Shown: positions 9,642 through 18,301 of the stretch, piece by piece
Layout of the letters: each line of letters begins with the position of its first letter
Position numbering within the stretch: position 1 is the first letter of the stretch
Source: a virus
Taxonomy: Duplodnaviria; Caudoviricetes
IMG/VR virus record: IMGVR_UViG_3300047399_000091
Location: 1-55,943 of that record
DNA length: 55,943 bases
Direction: 5' to 3' (one strand)
Position numbers and translations under genes: made by a program
Notes under the pieces: model-generated
Database searches by the model: none
What the model saw: the letters and a program-made list of their open reading frames with translations, nothing else
What the model was told of the DNA's origin: nothing

Positions 9642-11254
9642 TGTCTGCAACCGGCTACACCCCAATTTCTCTCTACTACAGCACGACGGCTTCTGCTGCG
9701 CCGACTGCTGGTAATCTCACTAATGGTGAGCTTGCCATTAATATTACTGATGGTAAGTTGTATTACAAAGACAACGGCGGCGTTGTCCAGCTTATTGCCA
9801 GTAAAGGAGGCGCATCTGGTTCTGTCACCAGTGTTGCCCAATCTTTTACGGGTGGACTAATTTCGGTTAGTGGTTCTCCAATTACGACCTCTGGTACGCT
9901 TGCGCTTACTGTTGCAGGCACTTCAGGTGGTGTGGCTTATTTTTCTAGCGCATCGACTTGGGCAAGTTCTGCTGCACTAGCTGCAAATGCGATTGTTCTG
10001 GGCGGCGGTGCTGGGGCGGCTCCCGCAACCACGACAACCGGCACAGGTGTTGTTACCGCTGTTGGTAATGCAGTCAATACTACGGGTGGACTTGTTACTC
10101 AGTCTGGAACTCTTGCAGCAAGTGCTATTTTGCTTGGTGGAGGTGCAAGCACTGCAATTTCGTCAACCACTACCGGAACTGGTGTTGTTACTGCTTTAGG
10201 GGTGAATACTGGATCAGCAGGTGCATTTGTAGTCAACGGTGGTGCGTTAGGCACACCTTCAAGCGGGACTGTCACTAATCTGACCGGAACGGCAAGCATC
10301 AATATCAACGGAACTGTTGGTGCGACTACTCCGAGTACTGGCGCATTTACCACTGTAACCGCATCAACTTCTGTTACGACTCCTACGCTGACAAGTGCTG
10401 CGGCTACTTCTCTTGCTATTCAATCTGCCGGAACAACGGCAATTACGATTGATACATCTCAAAACGTAGGTGTCGGACAAACCTCTCCCGGCTCAAAATT
10501 GGACGTAAAAGGAACGCTACGTCTTTCTGGTTCCACTTCTGGCTATGTTGGTCTTGCGCCTGCTGCTGCTGCGGGTTCGACTACTTATACCTTGCCTAGT
10601 GCAGACGGTAGTAACGGTCAGACTCTAACCACCAATGGATCAGGAACACTTTCTTGGGCTACTGCTGGCGGTAGCAGTTCTCCTATTCCTACTGTTGATG
10701 TTAAGACAACCGGTTCTTCCGCAACTTGGACTATCCCTGCCGGTGTTACAAAAGTAAAAATTACAGTTGTTGGTGGTGGGGCAAGAGGAGGAAATGGTGG
10801 TTGCGGCCTTTCTGGCGGAGGTGGTGGCGGTGGCGGAACAGCAATATCATGGTTATCAGGATTAACCGCTGGGAATACATTAACTTATACTGTTGGAACT
10901 GCCGGTAATACGTCTTCTGTTTCATCTGGCACTCAAACAATAACAACTATATCTGCAACAGGGGGTTCTGCGGGTTCTGCCGGCTCTGTTTCTGGTGCTG
11001 CCAGCGGAGGCTCTGGTGGTGTTGGTTCTGGTGGAAATTTAAATATAGGAGGTCAAGGAGGTGGGGGTAGTATAAATGTCGGCGGCGGCAACCTTGCTGG
11101 TGCTGGAGGATCATCGTTTTTAGGTGGTGGCGGCGCTGGGACAGGAGGGGGCGGTTCATCGGTTGGTAGGGCTTATGGTGGTGGTGGTTCTGGAGGTTCC
11201 GCAGGCGATGCTGGTGCAGCTGGAGCTGCTGGTGTAATCATATTTGAATACTAG
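9641..11254 (+). CDS. Distal fibre/adhesin with Mtd_N-like N-terminus and glycine-rich C-terminal domain
   Basis: ATG overlaps upstream TAA; GELAINITDGKLYYKD; WTIPAGVTKVKITVVGGG...GVIIFEY. Confidence 0.8.
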   Translation: MSATGYTPISLYYSTTASAAPTAGNLTNGELAINITDGKLYYKDNGGVVQLIASKGGASGSVTSVAQSFTGGLISVSGSPITTSGTLALTVAGTSGGVAYFSSASTWASSAALAANAIVLGGGAGAAPATTTTGTGVVTAVGNAVNTTGGLVTQSGTLAASAILLGGGASTAISSTTTGTGVVTALGVNTGSAGAFVVNGGALGTPSSGTVTNLTGTASININGTVGATTPSTGAFTTVTASTSVTTPTLTSAAATSLAIQSAGTTAITIDTSQNVGVGQTSPGSKLDVKGTLRLSGSTSGYVGLAPAAAAGSTTYTLPSADGSNGQTLTTNGSGTLSWATAGGSSSPIPTVDVKTTGSSATWTIPAGVTKVKITVVGGGARGGNGGCGLSGGGGGGGGTAISWLSGLTAGNTLTYTVGTAGNTSSVSSGTQTITTISATGGSAGSAGSVSGAASGGSGGVGSGGNLNIGGQGGGGSINVGGGNLAGAGGSSFLGGGGAGTGGGGSSVGRAYGGGGSGGSAGDAGAAGAAGVIIFEY

Positions 11255-11262
11255 GAACAAAC

Positions 11263-11502
11263 ATGAAAGCTCTTATATCTTCTATTGAACCAAGAGAATC
11301 AGGATACCGTGTAGCACAAGTTGCTGCGGATAATGAAACTTTTGTTGTTGCTGAAGGTTTATTTTGGGTTGATTGCGCTGATGATGTTGTTCAAGATCAG
11401 TTTTATTACGACCCAAATACGCAACAAATTATTCTAATTCCAATTCCTGTTCCAAAACCAAAACCGGATCAGCCTAATACAACTGGAACAACCACAATAT
11501 GA
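11263..11502 (+). CDS. Small fibre-associated protein
   Basis: AGGA RBS; follows the glycine-rich adhesin; WVDC.DDV....YYD. Confidence 0.6.
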   Translation: MKALISSIEPRESGYRVAQVAADNETFVVAEGLFWVDCADDVVQDQFYYDPNTQQIILIPIPVPKPKPDQPNTTGTTTI

Positions 11503-11783
11503 CAGTCATAGATGTCGCTCCAAAGCATGATATGACCTATGACGGCGCTGTTGTCAGGGTTTATCACGCTAATAAGGGTGAAGGAATATCAAGACACGCG
11601 CATGAATATTCGCATGCGACTATTTGTATGGCTGGATCGTGCAAATTAACTCAGGAAGACAAATCAGTAATTACGAACAAAGACTCAACACCTGTTAATT
11701 TGCTTGCGGGTAAGTATCACGAAATTGAAGCACTAGAAGATGGGACTGTTTTTATAAACGTATTTGCCGAGGGAAAATATTGA
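11499..11783 (+). CDS. Cupin-fold protein
   Basis: HAHEYSH and HEIEALEDGTVF cupin motifs. Confidence 0.75.
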   Translation: MTVIDVAPKHDMTYDGAVVRVYHANKGEGISRHAHEYSHATICMAGSCKLTQEDKSVITNKDSTPVNLLAGKYHEIEALEDGTVFINVFAEGKY

Positions 11784-11784
11784 A

Positions 11785-11934
11785 ATGGAAAATATCAATC
11801 TGTCTATTCAAACAGTAAACGCGATTCTGAATTATCTGGGTTCGCGTCCCTATGTTGAGGTTTCATCTTTGATTACCGCAATTCAGAAAGAAGCGGAAGC
11901 ACAAGCCAAACCTGAAGAGGCCAAAAATGAGTGA
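11785..11934 (+). CDS. Hypothetical 49-aa protein (not in ORF track)
   Basis: MENINLSIQTVNAILNYLGSRPYVEVSSLI...; fills the gap between genes. Confidence 0.7.
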   Translation: MENINLSIQTVNAILNYLGSRPYVEVSSLITAIQKEAEAQAKPEEAKNE

Positions 11935-12100
11935 AAAATGGATTCAGAAAGCCATTAAAAAGCCGGGTGCATTGCGCTCTGCTCTTGGGGTAAAGGAAGG
12001 CAAAAAGATTCCCGCCAAGAAACTTGAGGCTGCCGCTAAAAAGCCCGGAAAGATGGGGCAACGCGCTCGTCTTGCAAAGACTTTGAGAGGCTTTGACTGA
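11927..12100 (+). CDS. Basic 57-aa protein (not in ORF track)
   Basis: MSEKWIQKAIKKPGALRSALGVKEGKKIPAKKL...RARLAKTL; GAGG RBS. Confidence 0.75.
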   Translation: MSEKWIQKAIKKPGALRSALGVKEGKKIPAKKLEAAAKKPGKMGQRARLAKTLRGFD

Positions 12101-12101
12101 A

Positions 12102-12323
12102 ATGGACTTACAGGCTGCTTTTAATGTCGCCATGAGTTTGGCTGCGTTCATGGGTGGATATATTCTTAATCGCATTACGACCAGTCTGGATAAATTGGAT
12201 GACGATGTAAGGTCTATGCCCATGAAGTATGTCGCTAAAGATGACTATAGAAGGGACATAGATCATTTGACTGATATTTGCCAACAGATTTTCAACAAAC
12301 TTGATGGCAAAGTTGATAAATGA
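12102..12323 (+). CDS. Small membrane-anchored coiled-coil protein (lysis region)
   Basis: N-terminal hydrophobic helix, C-terminal IFNKLDGKVDK. Confidence 0.65.
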   Translation: MDLQAAFNVAMSLAAFMGGYILNRITTSLDKLDDDVRSMPMKYVAKDDYRRDIDHLTDICQQIFNKLDGKVDK

Positions 12324-12891
12324 TCGATCCAGTATCAATTGGTCTAGCCGTAGCGGGGGCTAAAACCGCTATTGGCTACATCAAAGAAGCGATTGCCGTA
12401 GGGCAGGATATTGCTTCGATGGGTAAGGAATTATCCAGTTTCTTTACCGCGCAAGGTGAAGTTGAAGCAGCAGCAAAAGAAGCCGAGGCAATACGGAAAG
12501 ACCCTAAGCGTAATAAAGAGAAGTCAGCGACCAGCATTGCAATGGACTGTGTGTTACGGGCTGAGGAACTGCGGATAGCCGAACGAGAATTGCGGGATAT
12601 GTTTGCCATACAAGGCAAGCTGGATATGTATAAGAGGATGTGCCAGATACGGGCAGACATTATTGATTCAAGGCAACGTGAGATAAAAGAGGAAAACAGG
12701 GCGGCACAGGCGAAGATAAAAAAAAAGAAGACTTCATCGACTCAATCAAAGACTTCTTTCTTTCTATTTTTACCGCAGTTGTCATTTACCTCATCTTTAT
12801 CGGTTGCGTCTATTTAGCGGTTGTAATGGTGATTTATATGCACGAGATTCTTTCTTTCTTCAGACACGCTTTTCCAGAACTGTATAGGTGA
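12320..12891 (+). CDS. Coiled-coil membrane protein, frameshifted at A9 (12718-12726)
   Basis: Frame 0 stops at 12817; the -1 frame encodes a TM helix and stops at 12891, 3 nt before the next ATG. Confidence 0.65.
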
Positions 12892-12894
12892 TCT

Positions 12895-13158
12895 ATGAAT
12901 TGGCAGGATGTTCTGAAGGCAATTATCCCTGTGCTGGTGGCGTGTTTGGCTTGGCTGCTGGGGCAGGTATCTGACTTCTCGACCCGCCTGACCAAAATTG
13001 AAGGTTCCATGCCTGCCCTGATTACGCCCTCTGGAACGCCTACGGATAGCCCTTTGTCTGCCGAGGCAAGGCACAAATTGAAGGAAGAGATTTACCGCGA
13101 CATCCATGACCTGCAAGTAAGGGTCAAACTGATGGAAGAAAGGCAAAAGGTTAAATAA
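12895..13158 (+). CDS. Membrane-anchored protein (lysis region)
   Basis: N-terminal TM helix AIIPVLVACLAWLLG. Confidence 0.65.
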   Translation: MNWQDVLKAIIPVLVACLAWLLGQVSDFSTRLTKIEGSMPALITPSGTPTDSPLSAEARHKLKEEIYRDIHDLQVRVKLMEERQKVK

Positions 13159-13568
13159 TGTTCCCAATCGCTGGACTACTCGAAATTGGCGGCAAGATTC
13201 TTGACAAGGTTTTGCCCGATCCTGAAGCCAAAGCCAAAGCACAGATGGAATTGACCAGACTTGCCCAAGAGGGTGAACTGGCAAAGATGGCGAATGAAAC
13301 CAAACTGTTTGAGTTGGAGCAGAACAATCTGACTGACCGGCTCAAGGCAGACATGGCCTCGGATTCGTGGCTATCCAAGAATATCCGTCCGATGACTTTG
13401 ATTGCGATCCTGTCGGGCTATTTCACCTTTGCGATGATGAGCGCGTTCGGCATGGATACCAACAAGACCTATGTCGAATTGCTTGGTCAGTGGGGCATGT
13501 TGATTATGTCGTTCTATTTTGGCGGCAGGACGCTCGAAAAGATCATGGATATGCGGAGCAAACAATGA
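13158..13568 (+). CDS. Holin (GTA 3TM-holin-like)
   Basis: DKVLPDPEAKAKA..SDSWLSKNIRP..FYFGGRTLEK; two TM helices; near endolysin. Confidence 0.8.
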   Translation: MFPIAGLLEIGGKILDKVLPDPEAKAKAQMELTRLAQEGELAKMANETKLFELEQNNLTDRLKADMASDSWLSKNIRPMTLIAILSGYFTFAMMSAFGMDTNKTYVELLGQWGMLIMSFYFGGRTLEKIMDMRSKQ

Positions 13569-13786
13569 CCACTAAAGACTTTTGTATAGGGGTGTCAACG
13601 CTATCTCTGGCGGCTGTGGTGGCGGCAATGTGCGGGATGTTTGCATATGCCATTCTCGACCCGACGGTGGATGACAAGGTGGTTTTTGATGTGATTGGCC
13701 CTGCTTTCCAGACTATTGTGGGTGGGTTTATCGGGCTGATTACGGGTATTAAGGTAGGCGAGGCCAAGGAGCCTAAAGATGATTGA
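13565..13786 (+). CDS. Small two-TM membrane protein
   Basis: ATGA overlap; two hydrophobic helices; PAFQTIVGGFIG. Confidence 0.65.
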   Translation: MTTKDFCIGVSTLSLAAVVAAMCGMFAYAILDPTVDDKVVFDVIGPAFQTIVGGFIGLITGIKVGEAKEPKDD

Positions 13787-14309
13787 GAATTGGGAAAAAT
13801 CGTTTGAACATGTAATTGCCAGTGAAGGAGGCTACGTCAATGACCCACATGATCACGGTGGTGAAACTAATCTGGGAGTCACTAAAGCAGCGTGGGCGGG
13901 GTATCTTAAACGCCCTATCCAAGATGGGGAAATGAAGGCGCTGACCAAAGCTGAGGTAAAACCCTTTTATAAGAAGATGTATTGGGATGTGTGCCATTGT
14001 GACGTTCTGCCTGCTGGTGTGGATTATATGGTGTTTGATCTAGCCGTTAATGGCGGTGTCGGGCGTGGTGCCAAGATGCTGCAAACGGTTGCTGGTGTTA
14101 ATGCTGACGGGGCTATTGGCCCTGCTACGCTGGCTGCTTTGACGGCGATCAAGGACGAGCCTAAAGTAACCATTAAGAAGATGTCGGCTTATAAAGAATC
14201 CTTTTATAAAGCTATCGTTGCTGCCAAGCCTGATCAGAAGAAGTTTTTGGAAGGCTGGCTTAACCGCGTTGAAACAGTAGAAAAACTTGCCGAACAAATG
14301 GTGGCTTAA
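13779..14309 (+). CDS. Endolysin, glycoside hydrolase family 108
   Basis: EGGYVNDPHDHGGETNLGVT catalytic motif; DGAIGPATL; C-terminal FLEGWLNR. Confidence 0.92.
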   Translation: MIENWEKSFEHVIASEGGYVNDPHDHGGETNLGVTKAAWAGYLKRPIQDGEMKALTKAEVKPFYKKMYWDVCHCDVLPAGVDYMVFDLAVNGGVGRGAKMLQTVAGVNADGAIGPATLAALTAIKDEPKVTIKKMSAYKESFYKAIVAAKPDQKKFLEGWLNRVETVEKLAEQMVA

Positions 14310-14330
14310 ATAGAAAGATGGTGATTTGTC

Positions 14331-14963
14331 ATGACAGTTTCATTTGTTCTCACTTACGATTCTCTAGTTGAAACAGTTTTGCAGTATTTAGAGCGCAGCG
14401 ACGATTCAACTCGTGAACAGATCCCTACATTCATCACGATGTGCGAGTTCGAAATCGCTCAGCAAATAAAAACTTTAGGTCAATTGCAGGTTGCTGAAAG
14501 TGTTCTTGAATCTGGTAATCCTGTCGTCCCTAAACCAGCTAGGTGGCGAAAAACAGTTTCATTCAATGTTGTCGTAGATGGAAAACGTGAGCCTGTATTG
14601 CTTCGTAAGTATGAATACATAAAAAATTATTGGCCAGATTCAAACGAAACTAATTTGCCGTTATACTATAGCGACTACGACTACGAGCATTGGTTTGTTG
14701 GACCAACTCCAGATCAGGCTTATGAATTTGAAGTGCTTTATTATGAGAGAATTTCTCCGCTATCTTCTGAGAACCAAACTAACTGGCTGACTCAAAATGC
14801 TCCAAATGCAATGCTTTTTGGAACTTTATTGCAGGCGATGCCATTTTTGAAAAATGATCAAAGGCAAATTTTTCAACAAAAATACGATCAATCAATGACG
14901 ATGCTGCGCACTGAGGACGTTTCTAGGATCGGAGATCGTCAAACCATAGCGATTGAGAGCTGA
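14331..14963 (+). CDS. Head-tail adaptor-like protein
   Basis: GPTPDQAYEFEVLYY and TNWLTQNAPNAMLFGTLLQA adaptor-type motifs. Confidence 0.65.
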   Translation: MTVSFVLTYDSLVETVLQYLERSDDSTREQIPTFITMCEFEIAQQIKTLGQLQVAESVLESGNPVVPKPARWRKTVSFNVVVDGKREPVLLRKYEYIKNYWPDSNETNLPLYYSDYDYEHWFVGPTPDQAYEFEVLYYERISPLSSENQTNWLTQNAPNAMLFGTLLQAMPFLKNDQRQIFQQKYDQSMTMLRTEDVSRIGDRQTIAIES

Positions 14964-14965
14964 AA

Positions 14966-16192
14966 ATGACTTCTTATGTAAATCCATTCTCTGGACAGAC
15001 CATTCAGCCGAGCCAAGTCGGCTATGAGCTGCTTACGATCTCAACTGACACCGAGCTTCAGTGGCCAGTTAATGGGAATAATAGTCTTGTTGTAGCGAAC
15101 ATAATCGAGGTTGACGCCACTGCTCCTGGTTTAAACCTGATAATGCCGGCAGCGACACAAGTCTCTACTGGGCAAAGTGTTCTTATCAAAAACATTGGAT
15201 CAAACCTTTTCAATGTCGTTGATAATGACGGCGGTGCAATAGTTTCGATTAGCTCTGGTGTTGCAGAATATATTTATGTAATCGACAATACTACTGTAGC
15301 TGGTGTTTGGGATAGTGTTACGTTCGGTGCAGGGACAAGCTCCGCGAATGCTTCTGCGCTCGCTGGATATGGTTTGAAAGCGATCAGCACAACGCTAAAC
15401 CAAGCTTATCAGCTGAATAGTTACTATTCAAATTACTCGTTACAAGCTTCTGACCGAGCAAAGTTTCTTGTTTGGTCTTCTGGTGTTGGTCAGTTTACAC
15501 TTCCTGTGGCTTCGGATGTTGGAAACAATTGGTTCTGCATGATCAGAAACAATGGCACTGGAGTTCTAACTATTCAGCCATCTGGAACTGACACAATTGA
15601 TGGGAATTCAGCTCAACAGCTTCAGCTTACAGAATCCCTTGTAATCGTTTCTGACGGGAATGGTGGTTACAATACATTTGGTTATGGCCAATCGATTCAG
15701 TTCGCTTTCACTCAATTAGCTTACGACGTAACTGGAGCGGGAACTCCGATCGTGCTCTCCGCTGCTGAAGCTAGCAATGTTATTCAAGAATATTTTGGAA
15801 CAATTTCTGTAAACACTACAGTTACGCTTCCGCCAACAGTCCAGCTTTATGTCGTGACTAATGTTACTTCAGGTGCTTATTCATTGACCTTTAGCACAGG
15901 GGCAGTCGGCGCGTCAACAGTTGTAATACCTCAAAGCCAATCGCTTATTCTTGTTTGCGATGGTACGAATGTTTACAACGCTAACTCGGCGACAGTTTCT
16001 GTTCTTCCAACTCTTACTCTTAACCCTGGATCTGCAGCAGCTCCTTCTCTGAATTACGTTGCGGATACCACAACTGGTATTTATAGTCCAGCAAGCGGAG
16101 AAGTTGGAATTTCTCTGAGTGGGGTGAATAAATTGACCTTGCAGTCTGATGGGCTGCACGTTATCGATGGAATTTCTGGAGGATCATTTTGA
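14966..16192 (+). CDS. Tail structural protein
   Basis: Repeated beta domains (IRNNGTGVLTI..DTIDG), GSAAAPSL..DTTTGIY, C-terminal ISGGSF. Confidence 0.7.
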   Translation: MTSYVNPFSGQTIQPSQVGYELLTISTDTELQWPVNGNNSLVVANIIEVDATAPGLNLIMPAATQVSTGQSVLIKNIGSNLFNVVDNDGGAIVSISSGVAEYIYVIDNTTVAGVWDSVTFGAGTSSANASALAGYGLKAISTTLNQAYQLNSYYSNYSLQASDRAKFLVWSSGVGQFTLPVASDVGNNWFCMIRNNGTGVLTIQPSGTDTIDGNSAQQLQLTESLVIVSDGNGGYNTFGYGQSIQFAFTQLAYDVTGAGTPIVLSAAEASNVIQEYFGTISVNTTVTLPPTVQLYVVTNVTSGAYSLTFSTGAVGASTVVIPQSQSLILVCDGTNVYNANSATVSVLPTLTLNPGSAAAPSLNYVADTTTGIYSPASGEVGISLSGVNKLTLQSDGLHVIDGISGGSF

Positions 16193-18021
16193 CTGCCAAA
16201 GTTATATCCCTTCAGATAAAACCTGGAATCCAAAGAGACGGAACTCTGTTCGACGCACCTACCTATGTAGATGGTAGGTGGGTGCGTTTTCAGCGTGGTC
16301 GTCCTAGGAAAATAAAAGGTTATAGGGGTATTTTTCTGAATGCTTCGGGAATTTCTCGTGGTATGATAATGAATTCAGAAAATGGTCTGAACTATATCTA
16401 TTCAGGCTGGTCAGATGGATTAGAGCTGTGGCAAACAGATGACGATGACGGTGTTGGTGCTGGTCCAACTGAAATAAAATTCACAGGTGGAATTAGCACT
16501 GTTTCGATCATAGATTCTGGCTCGCTTTATACCACAGGAACTTATCTCGCTGTTCCGCTCACGGGTGGTTCTGGCACCGGAGCACAGGCAACTATTCAAG
16601 TTGCTGGAGGGGGTGTAGTAGTTGTTACGATCACGACCGAGGGGTCTGGTTACGAAACGGGAGATACTTTAAGTGCCAGTGCAGCCTCGATCGGCGGCAC
16701 AGGATCAGGTTTTTCAGCCACCGTTATTCAAGTAAACAGCTTCACTCCGAGCTCAAACAATCTCTGGCAGTTCGACATCGGCTATGATGTTGGCGGTGGA
16801 GCTAGCAAACTCATCGCTCATCCTGGTCTAAATATTCCGCACATCGACAACATCACGAACACCCCTGTGCTTGCAGGCGATTTCCCTGCTGGCGCGATGT
16901 CTGCGCTAACAGACTCTCAAGGTTCTTCTCCCACAAACGCCACGATCGAAGTTTCTGGTGGCGTTGTTATGCTCCATCCGTATCTTTTTGTTTACGGAAA
17001 CAATGGGCTTATAAAAAATTGCTCGGCGGGTAATTTTTACGATTGGAACAGTGCCGACGCAAACGAAACCAACGTAGCAACGGGTAAGATCGTGAGGGGT
17101 CTCCCTGTAAGGGGTGGAACGACAGCTCCTTCCGGCTTATTCTGGTCAACAGATTCTGTGATCAGAGTTTCTTATTCACCCGCTTCTGTCGGCGCGAGCA
17201 CCATTTATTGGCGCTATGATATAATTTCCAGCCAGTCTTCGATCCTTTCGTCGAATTCTGTGATTGAATATGATGGGATCTTTTTCTGGGTTGGAGTTGA
17301 CCGGTTTTTGATGTACAACGGCGTTGTTCAAGAAATACCGAACAACATGAATTTCAACTATTTTTTCGACAATTTGAATTACAATCAGCGTCAAAAAGTC
17401 TGGGCTAGCAAAATCCCGCGCTGGGGTGAAATCTGGTGGTTTTTCCCTAGCGGAAACTCAACAGAATGCAACGATGCAGTGATTTTTAACGTGCGAGATC
17501 AGGTCTGGTATGACGCTGGTACTGCCCTCGGTGCGCGGCGCTCTGCAGGCGTGTTTACCGAGGTTTTCCGCAAGCCGATTTGGGCGGGTAATGAGCCGAA
17601 TAATCAGGGAAAATACACTCTTTGGCAAAATGATACAGGTGTTGATGAAATTTACCTCACAAACCAAAATGCTGTTCAATCGTATTACGAGACCAACAAT
17701 ATCGGCTGGGTAACGGGTGGTCCTGGAGCAGACGACCCAATTGGACCTAACCGCTGGATCAGGATTGAACGAGTTGAGCCTGATTTCAATCAGGTTGGCG
17801 ACATGAATCTTTATGTAACTGGCAAAAGCTACGCAAAAAGTGAAAACGTCACAAGCAATCCCTATGTTTTCAGCCCAGAAACAATTAAAATCGATATGCG
17901 TGAACAGCGACGTGAAATGCGCTTAAAATTTGAAAGCAACACGGTGCGCGGCGATTACGAAGCAGGACAGATACTTCTCTCTGCAGATATCGGCGACGAG
18001 CGCGGAACTGGAAATCCGTAA
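16189..18021 (+). CDS. Tail nozzle/stabilisation protein (P22 gp10-like)
   Basis: 610 aa; IKPGIQRDGT..WVRFQRGRP N-terminus, EIWWFFP; upstream of ejection genes. Confidence 0.65.
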   Translation: MTAKVISLQIKPGIQRDGTLFDAPTYVDGRWVRFQRGRPRKIKGYRGIFLNASGISRGMIMNSENGLNYIYSGWSDGLELWQTDDDDGVGAGPTEIKFTGGISTVSIIDSGSLYTTGTYLAVPLTGGSGTGAQATIQVAGGGVVVVTITTEGSGYETGDTLSASAASIGGTGSGFSATVIQVNSFTPSSNNLWQFDIGYDVGGGASKLIAHPGLNIPHIDNITNTPVLAGDFPAGAMSALTDSQGSSPTNATIEVSGGVVMLHPYLFVYGNNGLIKNCSAGNFYDWNSADANETNVATGKIVRGLPVRGGTTAPSGLFWSTDSVIRVSYSPASVGASTIYWRYDIISSQSSILSSNSVIEYDGIFFWVGVDRFLMYNGVVQEIPNNMNFNYFFDNLNYNQRQKVWASKIPRWGEIWWFFPSGNSTECNDAVIFNVRDQVWYDAGTALGARRSAGVFTEVFRKPIWAGNEPNNQGKYTLWQNDTGVDEIYLTNQNAVQSYYETNNIGWVTGGPGADDPIGPNRWIRIERVEPDFNQVGDMNLYVTGKSYAKSENVTSNPYVFSPETIKIDMREQRREMRLKFESNTVRGDYEAGQILLSADIGDERGTGNP

Positions 18022-18266
18022 TGATCGTATACGACCCTCGCTACACGAACTGGAACAATTGGTGTGCTTTAATGGCTGAGCTATTCGCTGGTCAACAGCT
18101 CGGCACTGTTCCAGAAGAAAAATGGCGAGATTGGGGCGCTGCAATGGCTGGTATTAGCTATTTTAACAGCTCTGGTATTCCTGATCCAAGAGGTTTTAGA
18201 ACTTGGCAAGAATGGGCTGTGCGTGTGGTTGACGCTTTGAGTGTAAAACCTGCTATTCAGAATTAA
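18021..18266 (+). CDS. Trp-rich hypothetical protein
   Basis: TAATG coupling; PDPRGFRTWQEWA. Confidence 0.65.
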   Translation: MIVYDPRYTNWNNWCALMAELFAGQQLGTVPEEKWRDWGAAMAGISYFNSSGIPDPRGFRTWQEWAVRVVDALSVKPAIQN

Positions 18267-18301
18267 CATAATTGGAGCTTCGGTTAATCAGAAGGTTTAA
18301 A

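Noticed and set aside
9641-11254. Diversity-generating retroelement target (Mtd-like N-terminus)
   Set aside because: No reverse transcriptase. The fibre duplication differs at synonymous sites of all bases, not specifically adenines.
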